Positions 51,055 through 62,717 of a DNA stretch of 64,000 nucleotides are shown here, one piece after another; positions within the stretch are counted from its first letter, which is position 1; each line of letters starts with the position of its first letter. The notes under the pieces were generated by a model. It worked only from the letters and a program-made list of their open reading frames with translations. It searched no databases and was not told the origin of the DNA. The stretch covers positions 55,058,001 through 55,122,000 of the forward strand of contig CM059438.1 of assembly GCA_030390025.1 (NCBI GenBank). The letters run 5' to 3'. The position numbers and the translations under genes are program-made. Source of the DNA: Squalus acanthias (taxonomy: Eukaryota).

Positions 51055-54000
51055 TTTTTTTTTCACTCGTTATGGGATGTGGGCGTCGCTGGCAAGGCCA
51101 GCATTTATTGCCCATCCCCAGTTGCCCTTCAGAAGGTGAGCCGCCTTCTTGAACCGCTGCAGTCCGTGTGGTGAAGGTACTCCCACAGTGCTATTAAGGA
51201 GGGAGTTGCAGGACTTTGACCCAGTGACGATGAGGGATTGGCGATATACTTTGAAATCAGGATGGTGTGTGACTTGGAGGGCAACTTGGAGGTGATGTTG
51301 TTGCCATGCGCCTGCTGCCCTTGTCCTTCTAGGTGGAAGAGGTCACGGGTTTGGGAAGTGCTGCCGAAGAAGCCTTGGTGAGTTGCTGCAGTGCATCTTG
51401 TAGATGGTACACACTGCTGGCACGGTACACCAGTGGTGGTGGTGGAGGATGGGGTGCCAATCGAGCGAGCTGCTTTGTCCTGGATGATGTTGAGCTTCTT
51501 GAGTGTTGTTGGAGCTGCACTCATCCAGGCAAGTGGAGAGTATTCCATCACGCTACTTACTTGTGCCTTGTAGATGGTAGAAAGGCTTTGGGGAGTCAGG
51601 AGGTGAGACACTCGCCGCAGAATACCTAGCCTCTGACCTGCTCTTGTTGCCACTGTATTTACGTGGCTGGTCCAGTTAAGTTTCTGGTCAATGGTGACCC
51701 CCCAGGATGTTGATGGTGGGGGTTTCGGCAATTGTAATGCCGTTGAATGTCAAGGGACGGTGGTTAGACTCTCGCTTGTTGGAGATAGTTATTGCCTGAC
51801 ACTTGTATGGCACAAATCTTACCTGCCACTTATCAGCCCAAGCCTGAATGTCGTCCAGGTCTTGTTGCATGCGGGCATGGACGGCTTCATTATCTGAGGA
51901 GTTGCGAATGGCACTGAACACTGTGCAGTCATCAGCAAACATCCCCATTTCTGACCTTATGTTGGAAGGAAGGTCATTGATGAAGCAGCTGAAGATGGTT
52001 GGGCCTAGGACACTGCCCTGAGGAACTCCTGCAGCGATATCATGGGACTGTGATGATTGGCCTTCAACCACCACAACCATCTTCCTTTGTGCTAGGTAGA
52101 ACTTCATCCACTGGAGAGTTTTCCTCCCGATTCCCATTGACTTCAGTTTTACTAGGGCTCCTTGATGCCACACTCAGTCAAATGCTGCCCTGATGTCAAG
52201 GGCAGTCACTCTCACCTCACCTCTGGAATTCAGCTCCTTTGTCTATGTTTGGACTAAGGCTCTAATGAGGTCTGGAGCCGAGTGGTCTTGGCGGAACCGA
52301 AACTGGGCAACAGTGAGCAGGTTATTGGTGAGTAAGTGCCGCTTGATAGCACTGTCGATGACACCTTCCATCACTTTGCTGATGATTAAGAGTAGACTGA
52401 TGGGGCGGTAATTGGCCGGATTGGATTTGTCCTGCTTTTTGTGGAAAGGACATACCAGGGCAGTTTTCCACATTGTCGGATAGATGCCAGTGTTGTAACT
52501 GCACTGGAACAGCTTAGCTAGAGGCGCGGCTAGTTCTGGAGCACAAGTCTTCAGCACGAAAGCCTTTGCTGTATCCAGTGCACTCAGCCGTTTCTTGATA
52601 TCACATGGAGTGAATCGAATTGGCTGAAGACTGGCTTCTGTGATGGTGAGGACCTCAGGAGGATGCCGATATGGATCATCCATTGGCACTTCTGGCTGAA
52701 GATGGTTGCAAACGCTTCAGCCTTGTCTTTTGCACTCAAGTGCTGGGCTCCACCATCATTGAGGATGGGGATATTCAGGGAGCCTCCTCCTCCCGCTAGT
52801 TGTTTAATGGTCCACCACCATTCACGACTGGATGTGGCAGGACTGCAGAGCTTTGATCTGATCTGTTGATTGTGGGATTGCTTAGCCATGTTTATAGCAT
52901 GCTGCTGCCGCTTTTTAGCATGCATGTAGTCCTGTGTTGCAGCTTCCCCAGGTTGGCACCTCATTTTTAGGTACGCCTGGTGCTGCTCCTGGCATGCTTT
53001 TCTACTCTCCTTATTGAGCCAGGGTTGGTTCCCTGACTTGATAGTAATGGTTAGAGTGAGGGATATGCCGGGCCATGAGATTACAGATTGTGGTGGAATA
53101 CAATTCTGCTGCTGCTGATGGCCCACAGTGCCTCATGGATGCCCATTTTTGAGCTGCTAGATCTGTTCTGAATCTATCCCATTTAGCACGGTGGTAGTGC
53201 CACATAACACGATGGAGGGTGTCCTCAGTGTGAAGATATGAGTTCGTCTCCACAATGACTGTGCGGTGGTTACTGCTACCAATGTTGTCATGGACAGATG
53301 CATCTGCGACAGGTAGATTGGCGAGGACGAGGTCAAGTAGGTTTTTCCCTCGTGTTGGTTCTCTCACCACCTGTCGCAGGCCCAGACTGGCAGCTATGTC
53401 CTTCAGGACTCGGCCAGCCCGGTCAGCAGTGGTGCTACCGAGCCACTCTTGGTGATGGACATTGAAGTCCCCCACCCAGAGTACATTCTGTGCCCTTGCT
53501 ACTCTCAGTGCTTCTTCCAAGTGGTGTTCAACATGGAAGAGTACTGATTCATCAGCTGAAGGAGGGCGATAGTTGGTAATCAGCAGGAGGTTTCCTTGCC
53601 TATGCTTGACCCGAAGCCTTGAGACTTCATGGGGTCCGGAGTCAGTGTTGAGGACTCCCAGGGACACTCCTTCCCGACTGTATACCACTGTGCCGCCACC
53701 CCTGGTGGATCTGTCCTGCTAGTGGGACAGGATATACCCAGGGATGGTGATGGAGGAGTTTGGGACATTGGCTGAAAGGTAGGATTCTGTGAGTATGACT
53801 ATGTTAGGCTGTTGCTTGACTAGTCTGTGGGACAGCTCTCCCAATTTTGACACAAGTCCCCAGATGTTGATGAGGAGGACTTTGCAGGGTCGACTGGACT
53901 GGGTGTGCCATTGTCGTATCCGTAGCCAGTGCCGAGGTCGATGTCGGGTGGTCCATCCAGTTATATTATTATTGTTTTTCGTAGCGGTTTGTTACAACTG

Positions 54001-54252
54001 AGTGGCATGCTAGGCCATTTCAGAGGGCAGTTAAGAGTCAACCACATTGCTGTGGGTCTGGAGTCACATATAGGCCAGACCGGGTAAGGACGGCAGATTT
54101 CCTTCCCTAAAGGACATTAGTGAACCAGATGGGTTTTTACGACAATCCGATAGTTTCATGGTCACCATTACTGATACTAGCTTTTTATTCCAGATTTATT
54201 TAATTAAATGAATTTAAATTCCCCAGCTGCCGTGGTGGGATTTGAACTCGGT
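51055..54252 (-). mobile_element. Near-full-length copy of the second LINE family: tRNA-like head, structured leader, single APE-RT ORF (disrupted), poly(A)
   Basis: B box at 54238-54249; APE begins about 53890 (KVLLINIWGL, TESYL, YRPP, GDFNVH); RT with PQGS and FADD; T-run at 51055-51063. Clade not assignable by eye. Confidence 0.88.
54238..54249 (-). promoter_or_regulatory. RNA polymerase III B box (GAGTTCAAATCC)
   Basis: Matches GTTCRANNC; no A box is visible upstream, so the copy looks 5'-truncated. Confidence 0.68.
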
Positions 54253-54583
54253 ATTACTGTTTCTAATTTATCTGAATAATTTAGATTCAAAAGGTGAGTG
54301 CAAACTGGTTAAATTGGCTGAGTGGACAGAACAGCAAGTAGAATCATAGAATGGTTACAGCACAGGAGGAGGCCATTCGGCCCGTCGATCCCGTGCCGGC
54401 TCTCTGCAAGAGCGCTTCAGCTAGTCCCACTCCCCCGCCCTTTCCATGTAGCCCTGCAAATTTTTTTCCTTCAGGTACTTATCAATTCCCTTTTGACGGT
54501 CACGACTGAATCTGCCTCCACCACCCTTTCAGGCAGTGCATTTCAGATCCTAACCACTCGCTGAGTAAAAAATGTTATCCTCA

Positions 54584-57562
54584 GGTCCCCACCATCACAG
54601 AAGCCAGTCTTCAGCCAATTCGATTCACTCCATGTGATATCAAGAAATGGCTGAGTGCACTGGATACAGCAAAGGCTATGGGCCCCGACAACATCCCAGC
54701 TATCGTGCTGAAGACTTGTGCTCCAGAACTAGCCGCGCCTCTAGCCAAGCTGTTCCAGTACAGCTACAACACTGGAATCCACCGGACAATGTGGAAAACT
54801 GCCCAGGTATGTCCTGTCCATAAAAAGCAGGACAAATCCAATCCAGCCAATTACCGCCCCATCAGTCTACTCACAATCATCAGCAAAGTGATGGAAGGTG
54901 TCATCGACAGTGCAATCAAGCGGCACTTACTCACCAAAAGCCTGCTCACTGATGCCCAGTTTGGGTTCCACCACGACCACTCAGCTCCCGACCTCATTAC
55001 AGCCTTGGTCCAAACATGGACAAAGGAGCTGAATTCCAGAGGTGAGGTGAGAGGGACTGCCCTTGTCATCAAGGCAGCATGTCTTCTCGCATAGACTGCT
55101 TCATTATCTGAGGAGTTGTGAATGGCACTGAACACTGTGCAGTCATCAGCGAATATCCTCACTTCTGATCTTATGTTGGAGGGGAGGAGTGTGAAATATT
55201 AGATGAAATAAACATAGTGAGAGAGGAAGTATTAAGGGGTTTAGCAGCTTTAAAAGTGGATAAATCCCCAGGCTCGGATGAAATGTATCCCAGGCTGTTA
55301 AGCGAAGCAAAAGAGGAAATTGCAGAGGCCCTGACCATCATTTTTCAATCCTCTCTGGCTTCAGGTGTGGTGCCAGAGGACTGGAGGACTGCTAATGTGG
55401 TACCCTTGTTTAAAAAGGGAGAAAAGGATAGACAGAGTAATTACAGGCCAGTCAGCCTAACCTCGGCGGTGGGAAAATTATTGGAAAGAATTCTGAAGGA
55501 CAGGATAAATCTTCATTTAGAAAGACACGGATTAATCAAGGATAGTCAGCACGGATTTGTTAAGGGAAGGTCGTATCTGACAAACTTGAATGAATTTTTT
55601 GAGGAGGTAACAAGGAGGGTAGATGAGGGTAGTGCGTTTGATGTAGTGTATATGGACTTCAGCAAGGCTTTTGATAAGGTTCCACATGGCAGACTGGTCA
55701 CGAAGTTAAAAGCCCATGGGATCCAGGGCAAAGTGTTGATTCAAAACTGGCTCGGAGACAGGAAGCAGAGGGTAATGGTTGATGGGTGTTTTTGTGACTG
55801 GAAGGCTGTTTCCAGTGGGGTTCCGCAGGGCTCAGTGCTAGGTCCCTTGCTTTTTGTGGTATATAGCAATGATCTTGACTTGAATGTAGGGGGTAAGATT
55901 AAGAAGTTTGCAGATGATACTAAAATCGGCTGTGTGGTTGATGCTGAAGAAGGAAGCTGTAGACTGCAGGAAGATATCAATAAATTGGTCAGGTGGGCAG
56001 AACAGTGGCAAATGGAATTCAATCCGGAGAAGTGTGAGATAATGTATTTGGGGAGGGCTAACAAGGAAAGGGAATACACATTAAATGGTAGGACACTGAG
56101 TATCATAGAATCATAGAATGTTACAGCATGGAAGGAGGCCATTTCGGCCCATCATGTCCACGCCGGCCAACAAAGAGCTATGCAGCCTAATCCCACTTCC
56201 CAGCTCTTGGTCCGTAGCCCTGCAGGTTAGAGCATCCCAAGTGCACATCCAAGTACTTTTTAAATGTGGTTAGGGTTCCTGCCTCTACCACCCTTTCAGG
56301 CAGTGAGTTCCAGACCCCCACAACCCTCTGGGTGAAGAAATTTCCCCTCAAATCCCCTCTAAACCTTCCACCAATTACTTTAAATCTGTGCCCCCTGGTT
56401 TTTGACCCCTCTACTAAGGGAAATAGGTCCTTTCTATCCACTTTATCTATGCCCCTCATAATTTTATACACCTCAATAAGGTCTTCCCTCAGCCTCCTCT
56501 GTTTCAAGAAAACAGACCCAGCCTATCCAGTTTTTCCTCATAGCTAAGATTCTCTACTCCCGGCAACATCCTTGTAAATCTCCTCTGTACCCTCTCTAAT
56601 GCAATCACATCTTTCCTGTAATGTGGTGACCAGAACTGCACGCAGTACTCCAGCTGAGACCTAACTCGTGTTTTATACAGTTGAAGCATAACCCCCCTGC
56701 TCTTGTATTCGATGCCACGGCTAATAAAGGCAAGCATTCCGTATGCCTTCTTAAGGTGTAGAGGAACAAAGGAGTAGTGTAGAGGAACAAAGGGACCTTG
56801 GAGTACATGTCCACAGATCCCTGAAGGTAGCAGGCCAAGTAGATAAGGTGGTTAAGAAGGCATACGGAATGGGAGACATTATTGAGGTGTATAAAATTAT
56901 GAGGGGCCTAGATAAAGAAGATACAAAGGACCAATTTCCCTTAGCAGAGGGGTCAAAAACCAGGGGGCACAGATTTAAAGTAATTGGGGGAAGGTTTAGA
57001 GGGGATTTGAGGGGAAATTTCTTCACCCAGAGGGTTGTGGGGGTCTGGAACTCACTGCCTGAAAGGGTGGTAGAGGCAGAAACCCGAACCACATTTAAAA
57101 AGTACTTGGATGTGCACTTGGGATGCTCTAACCTGCAGGGCTACGGACCAAGAGCTGGGAAGTGGGATTAGGGTGGATAGCTCTTGTTGGCCGGCGCGGA
57201 CACGATGGGCTGAAATGGCCTCCTTCCGTGCTGTAACTTTCTATGATTCTATGATTTGACTGAGTGTGGCATCAAGGAGCTCTAGTAAAATTAAAGTCAA
57301 TGGGAGTCAGGGGGAAAACTCTCCACTGGCTGGAGTCATACCTAGCACAAAGGAAGATGGTTGTAGTTGTTGGAGGCCAATCATCTCAGCCCCAGGACAT
57401 TGCTGCAGGAGTTCCTCAGGGCAGTGTCCTAGGCCCAACCATCTTCAGCTGCTTCATCAATGACCTTCCCTCCAACATAAGATCAGAAGTGAGGATATTC
57501 ACTGATGATTGCACAGTGTTCAGTGCCATTCACAACTCCTCAGATAATGAAGCAGTCCATGC
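54584..57562. mobile_element. Composite: second-family LINE fragment (54584-55080, 57256-57562) split by a rearranged CR1 (55181-57255) with an inverted duplicated 3' end
   Basis: AAGGCAGCAT|TTGAC rejoins across the insert; 56105-56480 is the reverse complement of about 56870-57253. Confidence 0.82.
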
Positions 57563-58814
57563 GTGAAGACAAATGTCGGTCCCTTACAGTCAGAAATGGG
57601 AGAATTTATAATGGGGAACAAGGAAATGCCAGAGCAATTAAACAAATACTTTGGTTCTGTCTTCACGGAAGAGGACACAAATAACTTCCCAGAAATGCTT
57701 AGGAACCAAGGGTCTAGTGAGAAGGAGGAATTAAAGGAAATTAGTATTAGTAAAAAATTAGTGCTGGAGACGGAAAGCCGATAAATCCCCAGGGCCTGAT
57801 AATCTGCGTCCCAGAGTACTAAAAGAGGTAGCCATGGAAATAGTGGATGCATTGGTTGTCATCTTCCAAACTTCTATAGATTATGGAACAGTTCCTGCAG
57901 ATTGGAGGGTGGCAAATGTAACCCCACTATTTAAAAAAGGAGGGAGAGAGAAAACAGGGAACTACAGACCGGTTAGCCTAACATCAGTAGTAGGGAAAAT
58001 GCTAGAGTCTATTATAAAGATCTGATAACAGGACACTTAGAAAATATCAACAGGATTAGACAAAGTCAACATGGATTTATGAAAGGGAAATCGTGTTTGA
58101 CAAACCTACTGGAGGATGTAACTGGTAGAATGGATAAGGGAGAACCAGTGGATGTGGTGTATTTGGATTTTCAGAAGGCATTTGATAAAGTCCCACATAA
58201 GATTAAAGTACATGGGATTGGGGGTAATATACTGGCATGGATTGAAAATTGGTTAACAGACAGGAAACAGAGAGTAGGAATAAATGGGTCTTTTTCGGGG
58301 TGGCAGGCGGTGACTAGTGGGGTACTGCAGGGATCAGTGCTTGGGTCCCAGCTATTCACAATATATATCAATGATTTGGATGAGGGAACCAAATGTAATA
58401 TTTCCAAGTTTGCTGACGACACGAAACTAGGTGGGACTGTGAGTTGTGAGGAGGTTGCAAAGAGGCTTCAAGACGATTTAGACAAGTTGAGTGAGTGGGC
58501 AAATACATGGCAGATGCAGTATAACGTGGATAAATGTGAAGTTATCCACTTCGGTCGGAAAAACAGAAAGGCAGAGTTGTGGCGGATCGCCACCTAAAAC
58601 GGGCATAATCCACTCTTCCGTCTGTGGACAAATTTCCAGCACCTTCCCTTTAAGTGACCTTACCTTTAAGGAGAAGGGGGCGGGGCCTCAGGTTTGACCC
58701 AGAGAATTCTGGGAGCTTTTCAGTCTGCCATTTTTGCCATGCTGTGATTAAAAAGTCTCTTGTTTAACACAAATGGATTCAGCCTTAATTCGTGTTTCGC
58801 GGCAGCCTCAACAT

Positions 58815-58828
58815 TGGTGACCCCGACG
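58815..58828 (+). promoter_or_regulatory. Primer-binding site complementary to tRNA-Trp
   Basis: TGGTGACCCCGACG immediately after the 5' LTR. Confidence 0.88.
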
Positions 58829-58853
58829 CTCAGAACGTATTCCGAGCACTGCA

Positions 58854-61800
58854 ATGGCGGACACGAACGCAGTTTCCGTGAAACTGCCAGAGTTTTGGGA
58901 AAACCAGCCCGAAGCCTGGTTTCTCCAAGCTGAATCTCGCTTCCGGCTGCGAAATATCACCACAGATGGGACGAAGTACGACTATCTCGTCACATCACTC
59001 AGTAGCGCCGCAGTTTCCAAGGTTTGGACAATGCTGCAGAAACCACCAGAGGAAGGCAAGTACGCACATCTCAAGGCAGCGCTCCTTAAAAAATTTACGG
59101 CCTCGGCATATCAGCGAAACTGCCACCTCCTCGACCTTCCAGGCCTCGGTGATGCCTCACCGTCAGACCTCCTCTCCCACATGCTCTCCCTCACCGACGA
59201 GAGCCCACCCGGATCCATTTTCCACATGCTGTTCATCCGCCAGCTCCCTCTCAGCATCCGCCCAGCGATCGTGGCGTTCGGCCTCACGAACCTGGAAGCC
59301 CTGGCCGATGAGGCCGACAAGCTGCTGTCCGCTCACTCAAGCCGCGACGTCACTCCGGACCTGGCAGCCAATGCCTGGGCGCGCCCCTCACCACCCAGCA
59401 CACGGCTACAAGGACCAGCCACCAGGCCCACGGGGCCTTCATGCCCCACTAACCCGGGCCACTGTTACTACCACGCACGGTTCGGCGCCAGGGCACAACG
59501 GTGCACACCTCCCTGCTCTTTCAAGTCCGCCCCCGTTCCAGCCCCCGCGATGGCCGTGGGCCACGCGGGGGCCCTGCTGTTCGTCACGGATGACAAAACC
59601 GGCCGCCGGTTCCTGTGCGACACTGGGGCTCAGCACAGCATCATCCCGGCCTCCTCCCTCGACATCCAAAAGGGCGAACGAGGACCGGCGCTGGCTGCTG
59701 CTAACGGCTTGGAAATCCGGACGTATGGCACCCGGACAGTCACCCTCGACCTCGCTGGTCACCGCTACCGATGGGAGTTCATCACTGCCAAGGTGCTCTC
59801 CCCCCTCATCGGCGCAGATTTCCTGTGCGCCCACGGCCTACTGGTAGACATCCCTCGTCACCGCCTCGTGGACATGAACACCATGTCCCCCATCCTGGGC
59901 GCCATGGCCCCCCGTCAACCCGCCGACATGGCGTCACAGTGCCACGCCCGGGCCACGGATGACTACTCGGCACTCCTGGCCGAATTCCCGGCCCTTACCA
60001 ATCCGACCTTCTCCGCGGAGGCCGCCAAACACGGGGTGGAACACTTCATCCCCACCACAGGCCCCCCAGTGTACGCCCACGCCCGCAGGCTGGACCCGGC
60101 CAAACTGGAGATCGCGCGGACCGAGTTTGCCACCATGGAACAGCTCGGCATCATCCGCCGCTCCAACAGTCCCTGGGCCTCCCCACTCCACATCGCCCCC
60201 AAACCAGGCGGAGGTTGGCGCCCCTGCGGGGATTACCGCCGCCTCAATGACGCCACCACCCCTGATCGGTACCCCGTGCCGCACATTCAGGACTTCTCGG
60301 CTAGACTGGCCAGTCGCTCAGTCTTTTCCAAGGTCGACCTGGTGCGCGGCTACCACCAAGTCCCCGTCTACCCCGCGGACGTCCCCAAGACGGTCGTAAT
60401 CACCCCCTTCGGCCTGTTCGAGTTCCTGCGGATGCCCTTCGGCCTCAAAAACGCGGCCCAGGCATTCCAACGGCTCATGGACTCGGTCCTTCGGGACCTG
60501 AAGTTCCTGTTCGTCTACCTGGACGACATCCTGGTAGCCAGTTCCTCCAAGCAGGAACACCTCGAACACCTTCGCATCCTGTTCGGGCGCCTCTGCGACC
60601 ACGGGCTCATCCTCAGCCCAGCCAAATGCCAGTTCGGCCTGGACAAGATCGACTTCCTCGGCCACCACGTCACCCATGCTGGGGCCATTCCCCTGCCCAC
60701 CAAGGTGCAGGCCGTCCAACAATTTCCCCGCCCCACCACCATCAAAGGCCTCCAGGAGTTCCTCGGGATGGTGAATTTCTATAAGCGCTTCATCCCCAAA
60801 GCGGCGTCCCTCATGAGGCCCCTGTATGAAGCCCTCCGGGGCAGGAGCGGCAAGATGGCAGTCGAATGGACGGCAGACGCATCCGCCGCCTTCGATTCCA
60901 CCAAGACCGCGCTCGCCAACACCACCCTGCTCGCGCACCCACGGCCCAATGCCAGGGTAGCGCTCACCACGGACGCCTCCGACCACGCGGTCGGCGCCGT
61001 GTATGAGCAGTGGGTCGACGGCACCTGGCAACCACTTGCCTTCTTCAGCCGCCAACTACGCCCCCCGGAGGTCAAGTACAGCACCTTCGACCGCGAGCTC
61101 CTCGCGCTGTTCCTGGCGGTCCGCCATTTCCGGTTTTTGCTTGAGGGCCACCCCTTCACTGCGTTTGTCGACCACAAGCCCATGACATTCACAATGGCAA
61201 AGACAACCGACCCCTGGTCCGCCAGGCAGCAGCGCCAGCTCGCGGCAGTGTCCGAGTTCACCACGGACATCCAACACGTCTCCGGCCGAGACAATGTGGT
61301 AGCGGACTGCCTCTCCTGCCCCGCCATCCACGCCGCACACCTAGCAGTCGACTACGCTCAACTCGCAGCAGACCAGATCACCGACCCTGATCTGCTCTCC
61401 GCACCCACCAACCTACCAGGGCTACGCCTGGCCGACGTCGCCTGTGGCCCGACCGCAGTCACGGTCAAGTGCAACATATCCCTATGTCAACCTCGGCCCG
61501 TCGTCCCAGCGTCCTGGCGCCGCCGGGTATTCGACATTCTCCACAACCTCTCCCACCCCGGCGCCCGCGCATCCATCAAATTGGTAGCCAACCGCTTCGT
61601 CTGGCGCGGCCTTCGCAAGGATGTGCGTACTTGGGCCAACTCCTGCCTAGCCTGCCAATGGGCCAAGGTACAGCAACACACGAAAGCACCCCTCGAGGAG
61701 TTTACCGTCCCCTCACGGAGATTCGACCACATCCACGTGGACATCTTCGGGCCCCTGCCGCCGTCGCAAGGCCACACGCACTTGCTGACCATCGTTGACA

Positions 61801-62717
61801 GCACCACACGCTGGCCTGAGGCAATTCCACTGACCTCTACCACCACCGCCGACATCGCCAGAGCCTTCGTCAGCACCTGGGTCGCACGGTTCGGCGTCCC
61901 CTCCGACATGACGTCGGACAGAGGTCCGCAATTTACCTCTGAACTCTGGACCGCCGTCGCACGCAATCTCGGGGTGACCATTCACCGCACCACAGCGTAC
62001 CACTCCCAAGCCAACGGACTGTGTGAGCGGTTCCACAGATCCTTGAAGGCATCTCTTCGAGCCAGCCTCCAAGACGGCGCCTGGACCGACCGACTTCCGT
62101 GGGTCCTCTTCGGCCTGCGCACCGCGGTTAAAGAAGACCTCCATGCATCGGCAGCAGAGCTCATGTATGGTCAGCCGCTGCGCGTACCCGGCGAGTTCCT
62201 GCCCACCGCCACGACACCCTGGTCAGCCGACCAGCAACGCCACGACTTCACCTCACTGGCGCTGCAGTTCGCCCCGGTGCCCATTGCCCGACACGGCGAA
62301 TCCACCTCACACGTCCCACTAAGCCTGCACCAGGCACGGTTCGTTTTCGTCCGGCACGACGCCCACCGCGGACCCCTTCAACCCCCGTACGACGGGCCCT
62401 ACAAGGTGCTACAGGCTGGGGACAAATTTTTCACCCTGCAAGTGGGCAACAGGACCGAAAAAGTGTCGGTTGACCGACTTAAGCCAGCACACTCAGAGCC
62501 CGGTGAGCAGGTCCCTGTAGCTCGTCCACCTCCACACGGCCGACCTGCCCTCAAGCCGGTTCACCCAGCTGCTCCACGCCCGGCCGTTCCACGTCCACCG
62601 GCGTCCTACAAGAGCCGCTCCGGCCGGCCCATCAGACCGCCGCACCGTCTCGTCCACACCTCCTTAGCGGATTCTGGGGGGAGCTGTGTGGCGGATCGCC
62701 ACCTAAAACGGGCATAA
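58854..62717 (+). CDS. Gag-Pol polyprotein, 1287 aa (Gag CHCC, protease DTG, RT YLDD, RNase H TDASD, integrase HHCC/DDE, GPY motif)
   Basis: Single uninterrupted ORF in PR-RT-RH-IN order, ending within the 3' LTR. Confidence 0.96.
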   Translation: MADTNAVSVKLPEFWENQPEAWFLQAESRFRLRNITTDGTKYDYLVTSLSSAAVSKVWTMLQKPPEEGKYAHLKAALLKKFTASAYQRNCHLLDLPGLGDASPSDLLSHMLSLTDESPPGSIFHMLFIRQLPLSIRPAIVAFGLTNLEALADEADKLLSAHSSRDVTPDLAANAWARPSPPSTRLQGPATRPTGPSCPTNPGHCYYHARFGARAQRCTPPCSFKSAPVPAPAMAVGHAGALLFVTDDKTGRRFLCDTGAQHSIIPASSLDIQKGERGPALAAANGLEIRTYGTRTVTLDLAGHRYRWEFITAKVLSPLIGADFLCAHGLLVDIPRHRLVDMNTMSPILGAMAPRQPADMASQCHARATDDYSALLAEFPALTNPTFSAEAAKHGVEHFIPTTGPPVYAHARRLDPAKLEIARTEFATMEQLGIIRRSNSPWASPLHIAPKPGGGWRPCGDYRRLNDATTPDRYPVPHIQDFSARLASRSVFSKVDLVRGYHQVPVYPADVPKTVVITPFGLFEFLRMPFGLKNAAQAFQRLMDSVLRDLKFLFVYLDDILVASSSKQEHLEHLRILFGRLCDHGLILSPAKCQFGLDKIDFLGHHVTHAGAIPLPTKVQAVQQFPRPTTIKGLQEFLGMVNFYKRFIPKAASLMRPLYEALRGRSGKMAVEWTADASAAFDSTKTALANTTLLAHPRPNARVALTTDASDHAVGAVYEQWVDGTWQPLAFFSRQLRPPEVKYSTFDRELLALFLAVRHFRFLLEGHPFTAFVDHKPMTFTMAKTTDPWSARQQRQLAAVSEFTTDIQHVSGRDNVVADCLSCPAIHAAHLAVDYAQLAADQITDPDLLSAPTNLPGLRLADVACGPTAVTVKCNISLCQPRPVVPASWRRRVFDILHNLSHPGARASIKLVANRFVWRGLRKDVRTWANSCLACQWAKVQQHTKAPLEEFTVPSRRFDHIHVDIFGPLPPSQGHTHLLTIVDSTTRWPEAIPLTSTTTADIARAFVSTWVARFGVPSDMTSDRGPQFTSELWTAVARNLGVTIHRTTAYHSQANGLCERFHRSLKASLRASLQDGAWTDRLPWVLFGLRTAVKEDLHASAAELMYGQPLRVPGEFLPTATTPWSADQQRHDFTSLALQFAPVPIARHGESTSHVPLSLHQARFVFVRHDAHRGPLQPPYDGPYKVLQAGDKFFTLQVGNRTEKVSVDRLKPAHSEPGEQVPVARPPPHGRPALKPVHPAAPRPAVPRPPASYKSRSGRPIRPPHRLVHTSLADSGGSCVADRHLKRA

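Noticed and set aside
54230..54300. Functional tRNA gene
   Set aside because: Only a B-box/T-arm-like segment is present; no cloverleaf or A box
58966..62164. Overlapping and antisense ORFs in the Gypsy element, including a possible env
   Set aside because: Expected shadows of a GC-rich coding frame; no space or hydrophobic signature for env
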